Positions 24,207 to 36,625 of a stretch of DNA of 64,000 nucleotides are shown one piece after another. The DNA comes from Macrostomum lignano (lineage: Eukaryota): positions 62,001 to 126,000 of the forward strand of contig NIVC01000305.1 of NCBI GenBank assembly GCA_002269645.1, in the 5' to 3' direction. The notes beneath the pieces were generated by a model that did no database searches, was not told the origin of the DNA, and was given only the letters and a program-made list of their open reading frames with translations. Each line of letters begins with the position of its first letter. Position 1 is the first letter of the stretch. A program made the position numbers and the translations under genes.

Positions 24207-25140
24207 TCAATTACTTTCAACCTGTTGCTGCTTGGCGAGTGGCAGGCGGCGCAGCGGCTGATGCACTGGTGGCACGGCCGTGTTGATCCTCGGTTGGTGC
24301 ACCGCTCCTCTACAGAGACCGATTGACCCGTCGAAGACCGCTGGGAACTCGTTGGCGATGTCCACGTTGGCAATTCCGATGTTGGCATCGTGAGGCTGGA
24401 GTCGTACTTGGATGCCCAGCTTCTGCATCAGATCGCGGTGACGTGAAAGTCGTGTTGCTGTCCTTGGCCGCGGTACTTGACGCAGACTGTTGCGAGCCCC
24501 GCGACGGCGATCTTCTTCCCGCCGTAAGCTCGTAGCTGCCCTGCCGACTTCAGATCGACATTGCCCAGACTTCTCGCCGTAGCCTCGTTGGGCAGAGACA
24601 CTTTGGCACCGCAGTCGACCATCAAACTGACAGTCTTCGAGCAGTTGCCCAGCTGAAGCTCGACTCGGATCTCGTCGCTGCCATGCACTGCGTAGATCAT
24701 GACAGTCTCGTCTGCATTGACTTGGAGTGCCTTGCTGCGGCAGCATCGACTGAAGTGGTTCAATTTCCCGCAAATTTTGCATTTCTTGCCGTGCGCGGGA
24801 CACTTCGCCTTGGCCTCGTGTCTCCGACCGCATCGGATGCAGGAGCTTTTGGCCTGATGCTACGACCTGCTGTCAGGCGGAGCGTTGCCGGGGCCCTGTT
24901 GCCTCGCTGCCTGCCGCACTGTCTGGACGCTCCCAAAGGAGCTGGTCGCCACCATCGCCTCGCTGCCTGCCGCACCGTCTGGACGCTCCCAAAGGAGCTG
25001 GTCGCCGCCATCGCCTTGCTGCCTGCCGCCGCGTCCTCGATCGTAGTCGCGATGGCAACTGCTTGCTCTAGCGTCAGCCTGGCGGCGTCCACCGTCAGAA
25101 GACGCTCGCGAATCCGAGTGCTGCTGGTCTTATGGGCACG
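24207..25140 (-). mobile_element. Truncated Gypsy-like gag/protease/RT-start remnant
   Basis: LTLEQAVAIATTIE, Zn knuckle CKICGKLNHFSRCC, protease MVDCGAKVS, then VFDGSIG...VPPVHQPLRRLPL. Frameshifts and a 60-bp tandem duplication at about 24900-25020. Confidence 0.75.
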
Positions 25141-26159
25141 CTAATCGCGGGTTTGCCAGAAGGTATGACCATCGACAATCGCGTTTCGGGCCCTTGCAAT
25201 CCGCTGCCCCTCGAAGCCGAGAAGGTGCAGTAGATGGTTCCTGCACACTGTCGCCAGTCGCGTAGCCTCAACTGTCGGGGCTTCTTCTTCTGCCGGTCGG
25301 GGTGTCCAGATTTGGGCTGCTTGGCAATAGAAGTCGAATGCGTCCAGTCATCTGTTCCATGGGACCGCCGGTGATGCGCTTGCTGGCAGAAATGGTGCAG
25401 GTGGGCTAACATTGGCTAACATCTTCGTCGATACTCGTCTACAGTTGTTTTGTAGCCAAGACTACTACAAGACTACTGTGTAGCCAAGTTTCCAGTTGTA
25501 GTTGAAAAGTTAAAGTGCTAGATGCGCACAGTTGCTTTATTTATATTTTCGTCACCCTGGAAAAACTACATGATCGATAAATTAAAGAGCCAGAGATATT
25601 ACGTAATCAATTATATGTTACACAGATACGGCTCGTAATTTATCCACTACTCTACTAAAAGTGGCAGTGTAAGTAAAATACAATATTAATAATAATATAG
25701 TTACCATTTGCGTTATCTTATACCATACTATAGTAGAAATATCAGCGTAACAATATTAAGTTGACCCATCAAGTTACGACACAACAGGTAACGCAAGGAC
25801 GGGCACCCGAGAGAGTGTCAGATCCATATCTCAGCACAAAGAGAGCATTGTCGGGGTTCCAGAGGTTACGCGTATGTTTTATCAGCAACTGCAGAGTTGT
25901 ACTGTGGCATAACGAAACAAAAAAAAATTTATTTATTTATTTATTTATTTTTCTAAGACAAACTTCGATGTCTGTGTAAAATACAGAGTGCAAAGGAGTG
26001 AGAATGAGTGAGAAAAAAGGAGTGAGAAAAGAAATGAACTAACTTTATGCAGAAGCTTGTTAAAATAAAATTTTGTAAGTTTCTTTAAAAAGTTTCGGTG
26101 AGCAATTCAAATTACTTATAGTGCATTCAATCAAAGATATGGCGATGTTTTAAACAACT

Positions 26160-26920
26160 ATCAGACGCACTTTGGGAGCTAATTGTACTTCATCTGCTAC
26201 TTCTTGTAGTAGGCTGGTCGCATTTTCTTCTCCTTTCTTGACTGGAATCCCGTTTCATACGGAAATCACATTAATTATAAGAATACGAAATTACACACTA
26301 GTAAAGAATAGTATATAAACTGCCGTTTAAATGTTGATAGCTATGCTATATTAATCTTTGGTTTGTGTGGGCCTTATAATGTAGCTGTGTGTGGTGTGTG
26401 GTGTGCAATGGCTGCCGGGGAGCTGGAGTGTGTGTGCAATGGCTGCCGGGGAGCTGGAGTGTGTGTGCAATGGCTGCCGGGGAGCTGGAGTGTGTGTGCA
26501 ATGGCTGCCGGGGAGCTGGAGTGTGTGTGCAATGGCTGCAGGGGAGCTGGAGTGTGTGTGCAATGGCTGCAGGGGAGCTGGAGTGTGTGTGCAATGGCTG
26601 CAGGGGAGCTGGAGTGTGTGTGCAATGGCTGCAGGGGAGCTGGGGTGTGTGTGCAATGGCTGCCGGGGAGCTGGAGTGTGTGTGCAATGGCTGCCGGGGA
26701 GCTGGAGTGTGTGTGCAATGGCTGCAGGGGAGCTGGAGTGTTTGTGCAAGGGTCAGAGGAGCTGGAGTGTGTGTGCAATGGCTGCAGGGGAGCTAGAGTG
26801 TGTGTGCAAGGGGCAGGGGATCTGGAGTGCGTGTGCAAGGGGCAGGGGATCTGGAATGTGTGTGCAAGGGGCAGGGGATCTGGAGTGCGTGTGCAAGGGT
26901 CAGGGGATCTGGAGTTTGTG
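26160..26920. repeat. Dispersed VNTR-bearing element (copy 3 of 3) with expanded 31-bp array at about 26400-26915
   Basis: Unit GTGTGTGTGCAATGGCTGC(C/A)GGGGAGCTGGA; 31-bp period measured. Confidence 0.9.
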
Positions 26921-26961
26921 TTGGATTTTTATTTTCTTACAGCCTTCTGTAGACTGTGACT

Positions 26962-27060
26962 GCAGCCCGACCCTACTACAGCCCGATCCTACTACAGCCC
27001 GACCCTACTACAGCCCGAACCTACTACAGCCCGAACCTACTACAGCCCGACCCTACAGCA
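26962..27060. repeat. 16-bp tandem array CAGCCCGACCCTACTA (about 6 units)
   Basis: Visible array; the same unit recurs at 31037-31229. Confidence 0.9.
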
Positions 27061-27104
27061 GAAGTTCTCGAATCGCGCCTGTGGCACTCGTGTGACACCT
27101 GGAG

Positions 27105-27310
27105 CTTTCTCGGGACTCTAAGGGACTCTTAAGGGACTCTTGGGACCTTACTCTTAGGACTCTCGGGACTCTTAAGGGACTCTTGGGACTCTTAAGGGAC
27201 TCTTGGGGCTCTTAAGTGACTCTTAAGGTACTCTTTGGGACTCTTAAGGGATTCTTGGAACTCTTAAGGGACTCCTAAAGGAATCTATCAGGACTCACAA
27301 GGACTCTATC
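27105..27310. repeat. Degenerate GGGACTCTT(AA) short-unit array
   Basis: Directly visible. Confidence 0.8.
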
Positions 27311-28194
27311 GGACCTTATTCTCACTTCTTTCTCATCTCGCATCCGGGCATCCCGCTATACCCGCTTCTTCTTATTGAGCGCACACTTCGCACCACACAG
27401 TAGTAGTTGAACTTAGCAGACTGGCTCTGTGCATCTTTCTGCTCCAATGTTCGCCAACTTTGGTCAGAATATCTCGCACTACCCCCCCCCCTCCCCTCAG
27501 TCGATCTGAACCAAACGCAAAGGAAGTTCCAAAGCAGCCGATTTGGGTAGCTAGGAACTAACTAGCAGTTAGCACAGGGGAGGGGATTACTGCCGTATTA
27601 TCGTAAGAATTTCCAAATCCGGGCCAGGGCTCCCTCCTCCAGCCAGTAAGTAGCCAAGCCTATTCTAGTAACTGCTGTGTATACACACTTGCAATGCCAG
27701 TGCAAAGGGTGCAAGGAAAGCAGAAAATCTTGACCTTCCCAGCCTAACACCCTTGCGCTCCTCTACACACACATACTACTTATTTATTCAACAAACTGCA
27801 GCTTAGAATAGTAGTATATATAGTATACTGTATACAGAAACCTAATACTGTCCGATTAATAAATATTGTACAACTATAAACTATATACACTGATATAACT
27901 ATATAGTCAGCAATTAGTCAGGTGTGAATAATTCAACTTCCTGTGAAGCATTGAGAGGTTTGGGAGCTCGTTTCCTTATAGGTGCGATCTGCGCTGAATA
28001 TTGTGGATAAGCTTATATATAGTTACCTGAGATTTCGGCCCTCAGTTGCATCGGAGATACTGAAAATGTCTGACAAATTGCATTCACTCTTTCTGGTATT
28101 AGAATATTGTGTCACTACTTAACCAAGTAGTACGAGTATGTAGTCTAACAGAATTGAAATACTTGAAGTAAAAGCATCAGTAGATATATAAATT

Positions 28195-29222
28195 GAGCTG
28201 CCAGTAGATGTATTGAAGTGTCAGTAGATGTATTGAGTTGCCATTAGATTTATTGAAGTGTCAGTAGATGTATTGAGTTGCCAGTAGATGCATTGAGGTG
28301 CCAGTAGATGCATTGAGGTGCCAGTAGATGCATTGAGGTGCCAGTAGATGCATTGAGGTGTCAGTAGATGCATTGAAGTGTCAGTAGATGCATTGAGTTG
28401 CCAGTAAATGCATTGAGGTGTCAGTAGATGCATTAAAGTGTCAGTAGATGCATCGAAGTGTCAGTAGAGGCATTGAAGTGTCAGTAGATGCATTGAAGTG
28501 TCAGTAGATGCATTGAGGTGCCAGTAGATGAATTGAGGTGACAGTAGATGTATTGAGGTGCCAGTAGATGCATTGAAGTGTCAATAGATGCATTGAGGTG
28601 CCATTAGATGATTTAAGGTGTCAGTAGATGCATTGAAGTGTCAGTAGAGGCATTGAAGTGTCAGTAGATGCACTGAAGAGCCAGTCAGATGCATTGAGGT
28701 GCCAGTAGATGCATTGAGGTGCCAGTAGATGCATTGAGGTGCCAGTAGATGCATTGAGGTGCCAGTAGATGCATTGAGGTGCCAGTAGATGCATTGAGGT
28801 GCCAGTAGATGCATTGAGGTGCCAGTAGATGCATTGAGGTGCCAGTAGATGCATTGAGGTGCCAGTAGATGTATTGAGGTGCCAGTAGATGTATTGAGGT
28901 GCCAGTAGATGCATTGAAGTGTCAGTAGATGCATTGAAGTGTCAGTAGAGGCATTGAAGTGTCAGTAGATGCACTGAAGAGCCAGTCAGATGCATTGAGG
29001 TGCCAGTAGATGCATTGAGGTGCCAGTAGATGCATTGAGGTGCCAGTAGATGCATTGAGGTGCCAGTAGATGCATTGAGGTGCCAGTAGATGCATTGAGG
29101 TGCCAGTAGATGTATTGAGGTGCCAGTAGATGTATTGAGGTGCCAGTAGATGCATTGAAGTGTCAGTAGATGCACTGAAGTGTCAGTAGAGGCATTGAAG
29201 TGTCAGTAGATGCACTGAAGTG
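28195..29222. repeat. 20-bp satellite GTGCCAGTAGATGCATTGAG
   Basis: 20-bp period; variant landmark CACTGAAGAGCCAGTCAG at 28671 and 28972. Confidence 0.95.
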
Positions 29223-29301
29223 CCTTGTAGTAATTGTAATCCGTAGATGTTCCAAACGTAAGTTCCCTTATTGATTACCTTGGTCACTCCAATCGGTTTT
29301 T

Positions 29302-30687
29302 TCAGGAGCAGCTCTTGTGAGCAGCGGCAGCGGCAGCACTGGCAGAATAAATTGGCCGTATAGAAAAAGACAAACGGAGGCAGCAGGGAGACTGACGGAG
29401 AACTTCTCGCTGCTCAGGGCGAGTTTTGGGAGGTGGGGTTGATGTGAAGTAATTGTGTTTGCCGCCACTTTGCTGCCGGGGAGTGGAACAGTTTAGGGTG
29501 CGCTGTTGAGGAAGAAGGATGGATGAGGAAAGGAATCTAATCACCCTTGGTGGGCTGGCGCGGTGGCCGAGTGGACAGTGCTCGCGGTCAAGGAGCGCTG
29601 GCATCGGGCAAGCACTGGGCTCCATGTCTGTGCGCTGCTGGCGAAGCACGGAAAGGGGACAGGGAAATTCTGAGTTGGGGGAGATTCTGAGATGGGGGAG
29701 ATTCTGAGATGGGGGAGATTCTGAGATGGGGGAGATTCTGAGTTGGGGGAGATTCTGAGATGGGGGAGATTCTGAGATGGGGGAGATTCTGAGATGGGGG
29801 AGATTCTGAGATGGGGAGATTCTCAGATGGGGAAGATTCTGAGATAGGGGAGATTCTGAGATGGGGGAGATTCTGAGATGGGGGGATTCTGAGATGGGGG
29901 AGATTCTGAGATGGGGGGATTCTGAGATGGGGGAGATTCTGAGATGGGGGGATTCTGAGATGGGGGGATTCTGAGATGGGGAGATTCTCAGATGGGGGAG
30001 ATTCTGAGATGGGGGAGATTCTGAGATGGGGAGATTCTGAGATGGGGGAGATTCTGAGATAGGGAGATTCTCAGATGGGGGAGATTCTGAGATGGGGGGA
30101 TTCTGAGATGGGGGAGATTCTGAGATGGGGGAGATTCTGACATGGGGGAGAGTCTGAGATGGGGGAGATTCTGAGATAGGGAGATTCTCAGATGGGGGAG
30201 ATTCTGAGATGGGGGGATTCTGAGATGGGGGAGATTCTGAGATGGGGGAGATTCTGAGATGGGGGGATTCTGAGATGGGGGGATTCTGAGATGGGGGAGA
30301 TTCTCAGATGGGGGAGATTCTCAGATGGGGGAGATTCTGAGATGGGGAGATTCTGAGATGGGGGAGATTCTGAGATGGGGGAGAGTCTGATATGGGGGAG
30401 ATTCTGACATGGGGGAGATTCTGAGATGGGGAGATTCTGAGATGGGGAGATTCTCAGATGGGGGAGATTCTCAGATGGGGGAGATTCTGAGATGGGGAGA
30501 TTTTGAGATGGGGAGATTCTGAGATGGGGGAGAGTCTGATATGGGGGAGATTCTGACATGGGGGAGATTCTGAGATGGGGAGATTCTGAGATGGGGGAGA
30601 TTCTGAGATTTTTGGAACTCCTACCTTGATTGCCAGAAACTGACCAAAAACTACAATTAGCATGGATAATTTCACTAATTGTTTCAT
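29302..30687 (-). CDS. Possible small secreted-protein gene whose first intron is the 17-bp satellite
   Basis: MKQLVKLSMLIVVFGQFLAIK (30687-30625) followed by GTAGGA. A pyrimidine tract plus CAG lies just after the satellite (about 29635), with an open frame to 29302. No recognisable domain. Confidence 0.25.
29668..30610. repeat. 17-bp satellite GAGATGGGGGAGATTCT
   Basis: Directly visible, with G-run length variation. Confidence 0.95.
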
Positions 30688-31036
30688 ATCTTTTCAATCC
30701 AAGTATACAATACATGTATAAATATGTTGTCCGTTCACTCTTTCGTTTAAATTTAAACTAAACATTGACGGCGTCCTCTGCAGGACAAAAAGTTTCGGCA
30801 ATTACACTACATGCATGAATGTTGGTTCGAACTTTTCTATTCTCGGAAAAGTAATCACAAACAACAGTCTGATATCCATCTACTTCAGTAGCAGATGAAA
30901 GAAGACGCTTGCTTCTTCTTTGCTTGTTAAGCAAAATTGACTTCCGTTGTAGCTTGCAACGGGCTGTCTTGGGGGACAGGATGAAGGGGACATGATAAAT
31001 GAAATAGTGCGATTATAGCCACAGGCCTTCCAACTG

Positions 31037-31229
31037 CAGCCCGACCTACTACAGCCCGACCCTACTACAGCCCGACCCTACTACAGCCCGACCCTACTAT
31101 AGCCCGACCCTACTACAGCCGGACCCTACTACAGCCCGACCCTACTACAGCCCGACCCTACTACAGCCGGACCCTACTACAGCCCGACCCTACTACAGCC
31201 GGACCCTACTACAGCCCGACCCTACTACA
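31037..31229. repeat. 16-bp tandem array CAGCCCGACCCTACTA (about 12 units)
   Basis: 16-bp period measured. Confidence 0.9.
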
Positions 31230-32383
31230 GGCGTGACAGGTGAGCTGCGGCTACATGCTACTTAAGGGATGGCAGAAAGTCGCAATAGAGTGGAGAGCAG
31301 AGCAGCCAAGACGCGCGGACTGCCAACCAACATGGAAGTTGCCAGAGAGTTCTTTGTGACTCGCCAGCAACCACTGACTGTTTCCCGACACCAGAAACAA
31401 CGGAGCTCAGCAAGAATTTCTCTATTCGAGTGACCATTGTTTTGTTGTTAAGACCTACACAGAGGGAAACCTATACAGAGATGCAACAGCTTGCGAAACT
31501 CTCACGAAAGCCACTCGCTTGCAGGAATGCAGGAACAAAAGCATGACTTCAGTTGAGCTCACAAGCAGGAAACTATGAAGCCTGCTCGCTTCCAAGCCGC
31601 ATCAGGCATCCGCCGTAAAACTTAGCTTTGAGTCCAACAGCTTCAGATTGCCTTGGCTGCCTGCTGCTAAGAGGGCAGTGAAGCGTAAAAACGTTACATT
31701 TTCAGAAAATAAATTTTAACTAGAATATTTTCTTGGAAAGCTCTGCGTTAATAGGGAAGTGCGTTGAAAATGATTAGTAAATGCTTCGATGTTTTTCAGT
31801 CGCCGGAATTTTTAGATTTTTTAATAGAATTTCGTTTTAATAAAACAGAAAAAAGTTCGACATTTGAAACTTAGTATAAGTGTCAAAAGTATAGGAGTTA
31901 AATTGACAGAATGGTCTCAGTTTCTACTAAAATTGTCTACAAAAAGGCAATTCATAATTCGCATCTAACCACGACAAAAATTCTACAAAAGAAATTGACA
32001 AAGAATTTTGAAAAGTTTTCGCTGGCGTAAAATTGATCAATCCGTGATCGGAGGCCAGATTGAGAACGCATTCGATCAATAAAATAAATCAAGCTCAAAT
32101 TCAAAACTATTTTATCATTAATTAGATTCTGACAGCACAAGAATACATGTAGATCATTGCAGAAGAAAAGACAGAAAAATAGGGAAATTAAGTTTCACTT
32201 TATTAACTTGAAATGTGATCCGCAACAACTTATTTAATCTAAAAATAACCGTAAAATGTTGCACTGTATTAACTTGAAGAAACAATTTCATTGTCAATTA
32301 ACCAAGTGGCAAAAGTTATAAAAAAAGTTTACTCTTAGTTTCGGTCACAGTTTAGTTAAATTTTGTTTTCGTTTAAACCAAAT

Positions 32384-32572
32384 GTGTCTCTTAGTTCAGG
32401 CCCAAAATGTCTCTAGTTTAGGCCTGAAATGTCACTTAGCTTAGGCATAGAATGTCTCTTAGTTTGGGCCTAAAATGTCTTTGAATCTATACTTAAATGT
32501 CTCTTAGTTTAGACCTAAAATTTCTCTTAGTTTAGGCCTAAAAATTCTCTTAGTTTAGGCCCCAAAATGTCC
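32384..32572. repeat. 23-bp minisatellite GTCTCTTAGTTTAGGCCTAAAAT
   Basis: About 8 visible units. Confidence 0.85.
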
Positions 32573-32577
32573 TTAGC

Positions 32578-33502
32578 TCAGGCCAAAAACACAACAAGAT
32601 AGTCGGCCTCCAGTCTGTGGTTGTTCCAGTTGCCCAGTTGCAGGTTGTACAGAATTCAAGGAGCTGCCGAGAGGCGGGCCCAGTCGCAAGCATCGTTTGT
32701 GCTGTCCACCACTACCGAAGAGACCAGTGTCCGAAGCGCAACCCAAGTGCTGGGTGGACACTTAGAAACTTCTCTTCTGAGCCGATGCCGCTGTAGGATC
32801 ATAAACACTGAAAATATTGTAGCTCCTCGATGTCAAATTCAGTTCCGGCTCGCTGCTGATCAGGGAGCTCCTCTTAAACCAGCTGCTGCCGTAGGTGGCA
32901 TTAAATACGATTCGAAGCAGTCGAGCTCCAGACGAGGCCAGGAGCTCAACAATAAGCTTTCGTTGAGGCATCAGCTCGCTCAGGCCTGTCAGGTTGTTTA
33001 ACCGATCGATCCAGCACGATCGGTAGCTGACCACCTGAGGCACGGAGTTCGGCCACAGCATGAGGAAGTCTCCAGCGCCGCAGTCTGGCTGTGAACCGAA
33101 ATACAAAGCCCTACCGGAGACACCCGATCCGGCTTTGATGGAGAACAGAGCGAATCTGGGCACACCGAGCCGAGAGCTGGCAAAGAATCGAACGGACGAG
33201 TATTGGGATTTGCCAAGCAGCGAATAATTAGCGAACACGGGCTGTCTAAGTCGGCTGCAGACAGTTGAGTCCCAATCAGACTTGGCCAATGGTGCGTGCG
33301 ATGGGTCCTGGTTGACCTTAGTCAGCGCATCAGCGACACATTCGACTGAACTTGTGCTGCCTTGCAGCTCTTCAGTTTGTGGCGACTGTACCGCAACGTT
33401 TGATAAATCGAGTTGATTGAAGACCTGCCCTGTTGAGGCGTCGGTTGAAGCGAATGTTAATATGGATATAGAAGCGCGAAGGCTGCTGCAGTTGCAGGCC
33501 AT
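32578..33502 (-). pseudogene. Divergent paralogue 3 of the PAN-like + unnamed-domain family (disabled)
   Basis: LIVELL...LRIVFNAT..SWFKRSSLISS...NIFSV...KRSF*VSTQHLGCASDTGL / VVDSTNDACDW...AP*ILY...EADYLVVFLA aligns to the C-terminus of 16735-17646. Two stops and one frameshift. Confidence 0.75.
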
Positions 33503-33802
33503 CCGACAGACATTTCAATTCAAGCTAACTCTTTAAATAACGATGCTCGTGATTTCAATTCAATAATAGATGGCGCCAATTTCTAGCCGTTTTAAGAGGC
33601 AAGACGCCATGCAGAATTTGAATAACAGAATTTTACGTGTAAAATGGGACGACTACGAATTGACTTATTGAATTTTTGGATTGGATGAAACAAGCCTGAA
33701 CTAAGTTTTATCCTTCGATAATCAGCGAACAGTACTAATTAAAATTGAACAGTCCTTAATTAGTTATTGTTCCTAATAAAACAGTCCTAATTAGCGGCCT
33801 AT

Positions 33803-33877
33803 CAAGTTCTCCCTACACGTGGACGGAATTCAGGGGTGAACATTGGCTGTGTCGTTCTCCGTTGCCAACTTCACCTG
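33803..33877 (+). pseudogene. Short fragment of a PAN + F5/8 gene
   Basis: CAAGTTCTCCCTACACGTGGACGGAATTCAG...TTCTCCGTTGCCAACTTCACCTGC matches about 36469-36548 and 23530-23610. Confidence 0.75.
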
Positions 33878-34422
33878 CGAAGCAAGAGGGCAGGGGAGCT
33901 GCAGTGTTGCAATTTGAAAACTATTGAAAAAATTTCTTTCTGCTGCTGCGGCAGAAAGTCGCAATAGAGTGGAGGGCGCAGTGCAGCCACTGCAACACGC
34001 GGAGAATGCGAACCATTATAGAAGTTGCCAGACAGTTTTGAGCGACGCACCACTGACTGTTTCCCGCACAAGACACGCGCTATCAGGCATTTTGGAGCTC
34101 AGCAGCCACCCAGGCATCTTCAAGAGTCGCATTGTTTGCTGGCTGGAGGAGTTGAAAACCCCAGCAGAGAACCTCTGGGAGCTTTTCAAAACCTGGAGAT
34201 TAACGACAGAAGCTGAGTCCCACACTCCGTCAAGCTTCGGTAAGCAAGGTCTTCTCTGTGCAGTTTTTTCTGCAGAAAGACAAGCGCTTGCAACAGCGAC
34301 AGCAAACGGAGTGACTATATTCCAAAAAAATTGAGCAAATTCTCTTCTTCGCCAAAATTTCCTGCATACATTTATCACTATAAGAAACTTCATACTGTTT
34401 CGGTATCGAATACTAATATTAG

Positions 34423-35766
34423 CTAGGATCTGGGATCTAGGATCTGGGATCTAGGATCTGGGATCTAGGATCTGGGATCTAGGATCTGGGATCTAGGATC
34501 TGGGATCTAGGATCTGGGATCTAGGATCTGGGATCTAGGATCTGGGATCTAGGATCTGGGATCTAGGATCTGGGATCTAGGATCTGGGATCTAGGATCTG
34601 GGATCTAGGATCTGGGATCTAGGATCTGGGATCTAGGATCTGGGATCTAGGATCTGGGATCTAGGATCTGGGATCTAGGATCTGGGATCTAGGATCTGGG
34701 ATCTAGGATCTGGGATCTAGGATCTGGGATCTAGGATCTGGGATCTAGGATCTGGGATCTAGGATCTGGGATCTAGGATCTGGGATCTAGGATCTGGGAT
34801 CTAGGATCTGGGATCTAGGATCTGGGATCTAGGATCTGGGATCTAGGATCTGGGATCTAGGATCTGGGATCTAGGATCTGGGATCTAGGATCTGGGATCT
34901 AGGATCTGGGATCTAGGATCTGGGATCTAGGATCTGGGATCTAGGATCTGGGATCTAGGATCTGGGATCTAGGATCTGGGATCTAGGATCTGGGATCTAG
35001 GATCTGGGATCTAGGATCTGGGATCTAGGATCTGGGATCTAGGATCTGGGATCTAGGATCTGGGATCTAGGATCTGGGATCTAGGATCTGGGATCTAGGA
35101 TCTGGGATCTAGGATCTGGGATCTAGGATCTGGGATCTAGGATCTGGGATCTAGGATCTGGGATCTAGGATCTGGGATCTAGGATCTGGGATCTAGGATC
35201 TGGGATCTAGGATCTGGGATCTAGGATCTGGGATCTAGGATCTGGGATCTAGGATCTGGGATCTAGGATCTGGGATCTAGGATCTGGGATCTAGGATCTG
35301 GGATCTAGGATCTGGGATCTAGGATCTGGGATCTAGGATCTGGGATCTAGGATCTGGGATCTAGGATCTGGGATCTAGGATCTGGGATCTAGGATCTGGG
35401 ATCTAGGATCTGGGATCTAGGATCTGGGATCTAGGATCTGGGATCTAGGATCTGGGATCTAGGATCTGGGATCTAGGATCTGGGATCTAGGATCTGGGAT
35501 CTAGGATCTGGGATCTAGGATCTGGGATCTAGGATCTGGGATCTAGGATCTGGGATCTAGGATCTGGGATCTAGGATCTGGGATCTAGGATCTGGGATCT
35601 AGGATCTGGGATCTAGGATCTGGGATCTAGGATCTGGGATCTAGGATCTGGGATCTAGGATCTGGGATCTAGGATCTGGGATCTAGGATCTGGGATCTAG
35701 GATCTGGGATCTAGGATCTGGGATCTAGGATCTGGGATCTAGGATCTGGGATCTAGGATCTGGGAT
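34423..35766. repeat. Homogeneous 14-bp satellite (AGGATCT GGGATCT)n, about 96 units
   Basis: No variant unit seen by eye. Confidence 0.97.
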
Positions 35767-35958
35767 TTGGAACCTACTTTTCATGTATTAGCCAACTATA
35801 TTCTGCAGATTTCTGCAAGTCTTAACAATTAGCTGACTGGTTGGCTACCTGGGAGCCAATAAAATCTGAGTTTTTTTTTGCAAAACTGCCTAAATTCAGA
35901 GCTAAACTCGCAATTGAAAATAAGCCACTAAGCGAGCATCTTTCCAAAGGCATCGAAA

Positions 35959-36625
35959 ATGCGTCAAATGTTCATCCTACCGCTGCTAATCTCTGCCGGC
36001 CTGTGTACCACAACATTCGAAATTGAACGAAGCCAAAGCGCCGAGGTCCCGGTTGCATCGAAGGTCATTGCGGGTCACAGCGACATCAACTGTGCCATAA
36101 AATGCTCACAGGCAGCTGACTGCTTCGGGTTCAGCTGGCTGGAGGGCCTGTGCCGATTTTTCAGCTGGTTCGCCTTCGTCAGTCAGCCCTGGCAGAGCTC
36201 CGGACTGTGCGATGTTCACATCAGAAAGGTTGAAACTGGATCCGGGAGACTGCGGTTCGTTGGCTGTCAGCAGAGATCGACGTCAAGTGGCGGTACCTGC
36301 GGCCGCGCAGTTGACGGAGACAGGAACCAGGTTTTTTTCTGGTGGATCCTGCACTCACACCAGCAATAACCTGCCCGAATGGTGGGAGGGCCAGCTCGAT
36401 GCCCCATCGCTGATCAGCTACGTCACCATCTACAACAGGCTGGAATGCTGCGCTGAGCGGCTCAACAAGTTCTCGCTACAGGTGGACGGAGTTCAGTGCA
36501 ACCAGGTGAACTTGGCTGCGCCGTTCTCCGTCGCCAACTTCACCTGCAACGCCTTTGGCAGCAAAATTCGCGTGGTGAACCAGCACAACCTTGTCACCAT
36601 CTGCGAGCTGGAAGCCTACAACTGA
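35959..36625 (+). CDS. PAN/Apple + F5/8 (fucolectin-like) secreted protein, copy B; one extra T in a homopolymer
   Basis: Signal peptide MRQMFILPLLISAGLC. Removing one T from the T7 run at 36332-36338 joins ORFs 35959-36369 and 36212-36625 into 221 aa containing RAVDG, GGSCTHT, WWEGQL, YNRLECCAERL and LTICE-like VTICELEAY. Confidence 0.8.

Noticed and set aside
25140-25440. Cys/His-containing segment as a possible transposase tail
   Set aside because: No motif I can support in any frame.
26346-27095. Overlapping Cys/His-rich ORFs on both strands
   Set aside because: By-products of a stop-free 31-bp VNTR; all frames give the same permuted peptide.
28221-30715. MHLLAPQCIYW and SESPP repeat ORFs
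   Set aside because: Satellite translations with no sign of coding constraint.
26950-35766. Regular short repeats as possible CRISPR arrays
   Set aside because: Units are head-to-tail with no unique spacers, no cas genes are present, and the context is eukaryotic with introns.
34423-35766. Possible telomeric or interstitial telomeric repeat
   Set aside because: The unit does not resemble TTAGGG-type repeats, and unique sequence flanks both sides.
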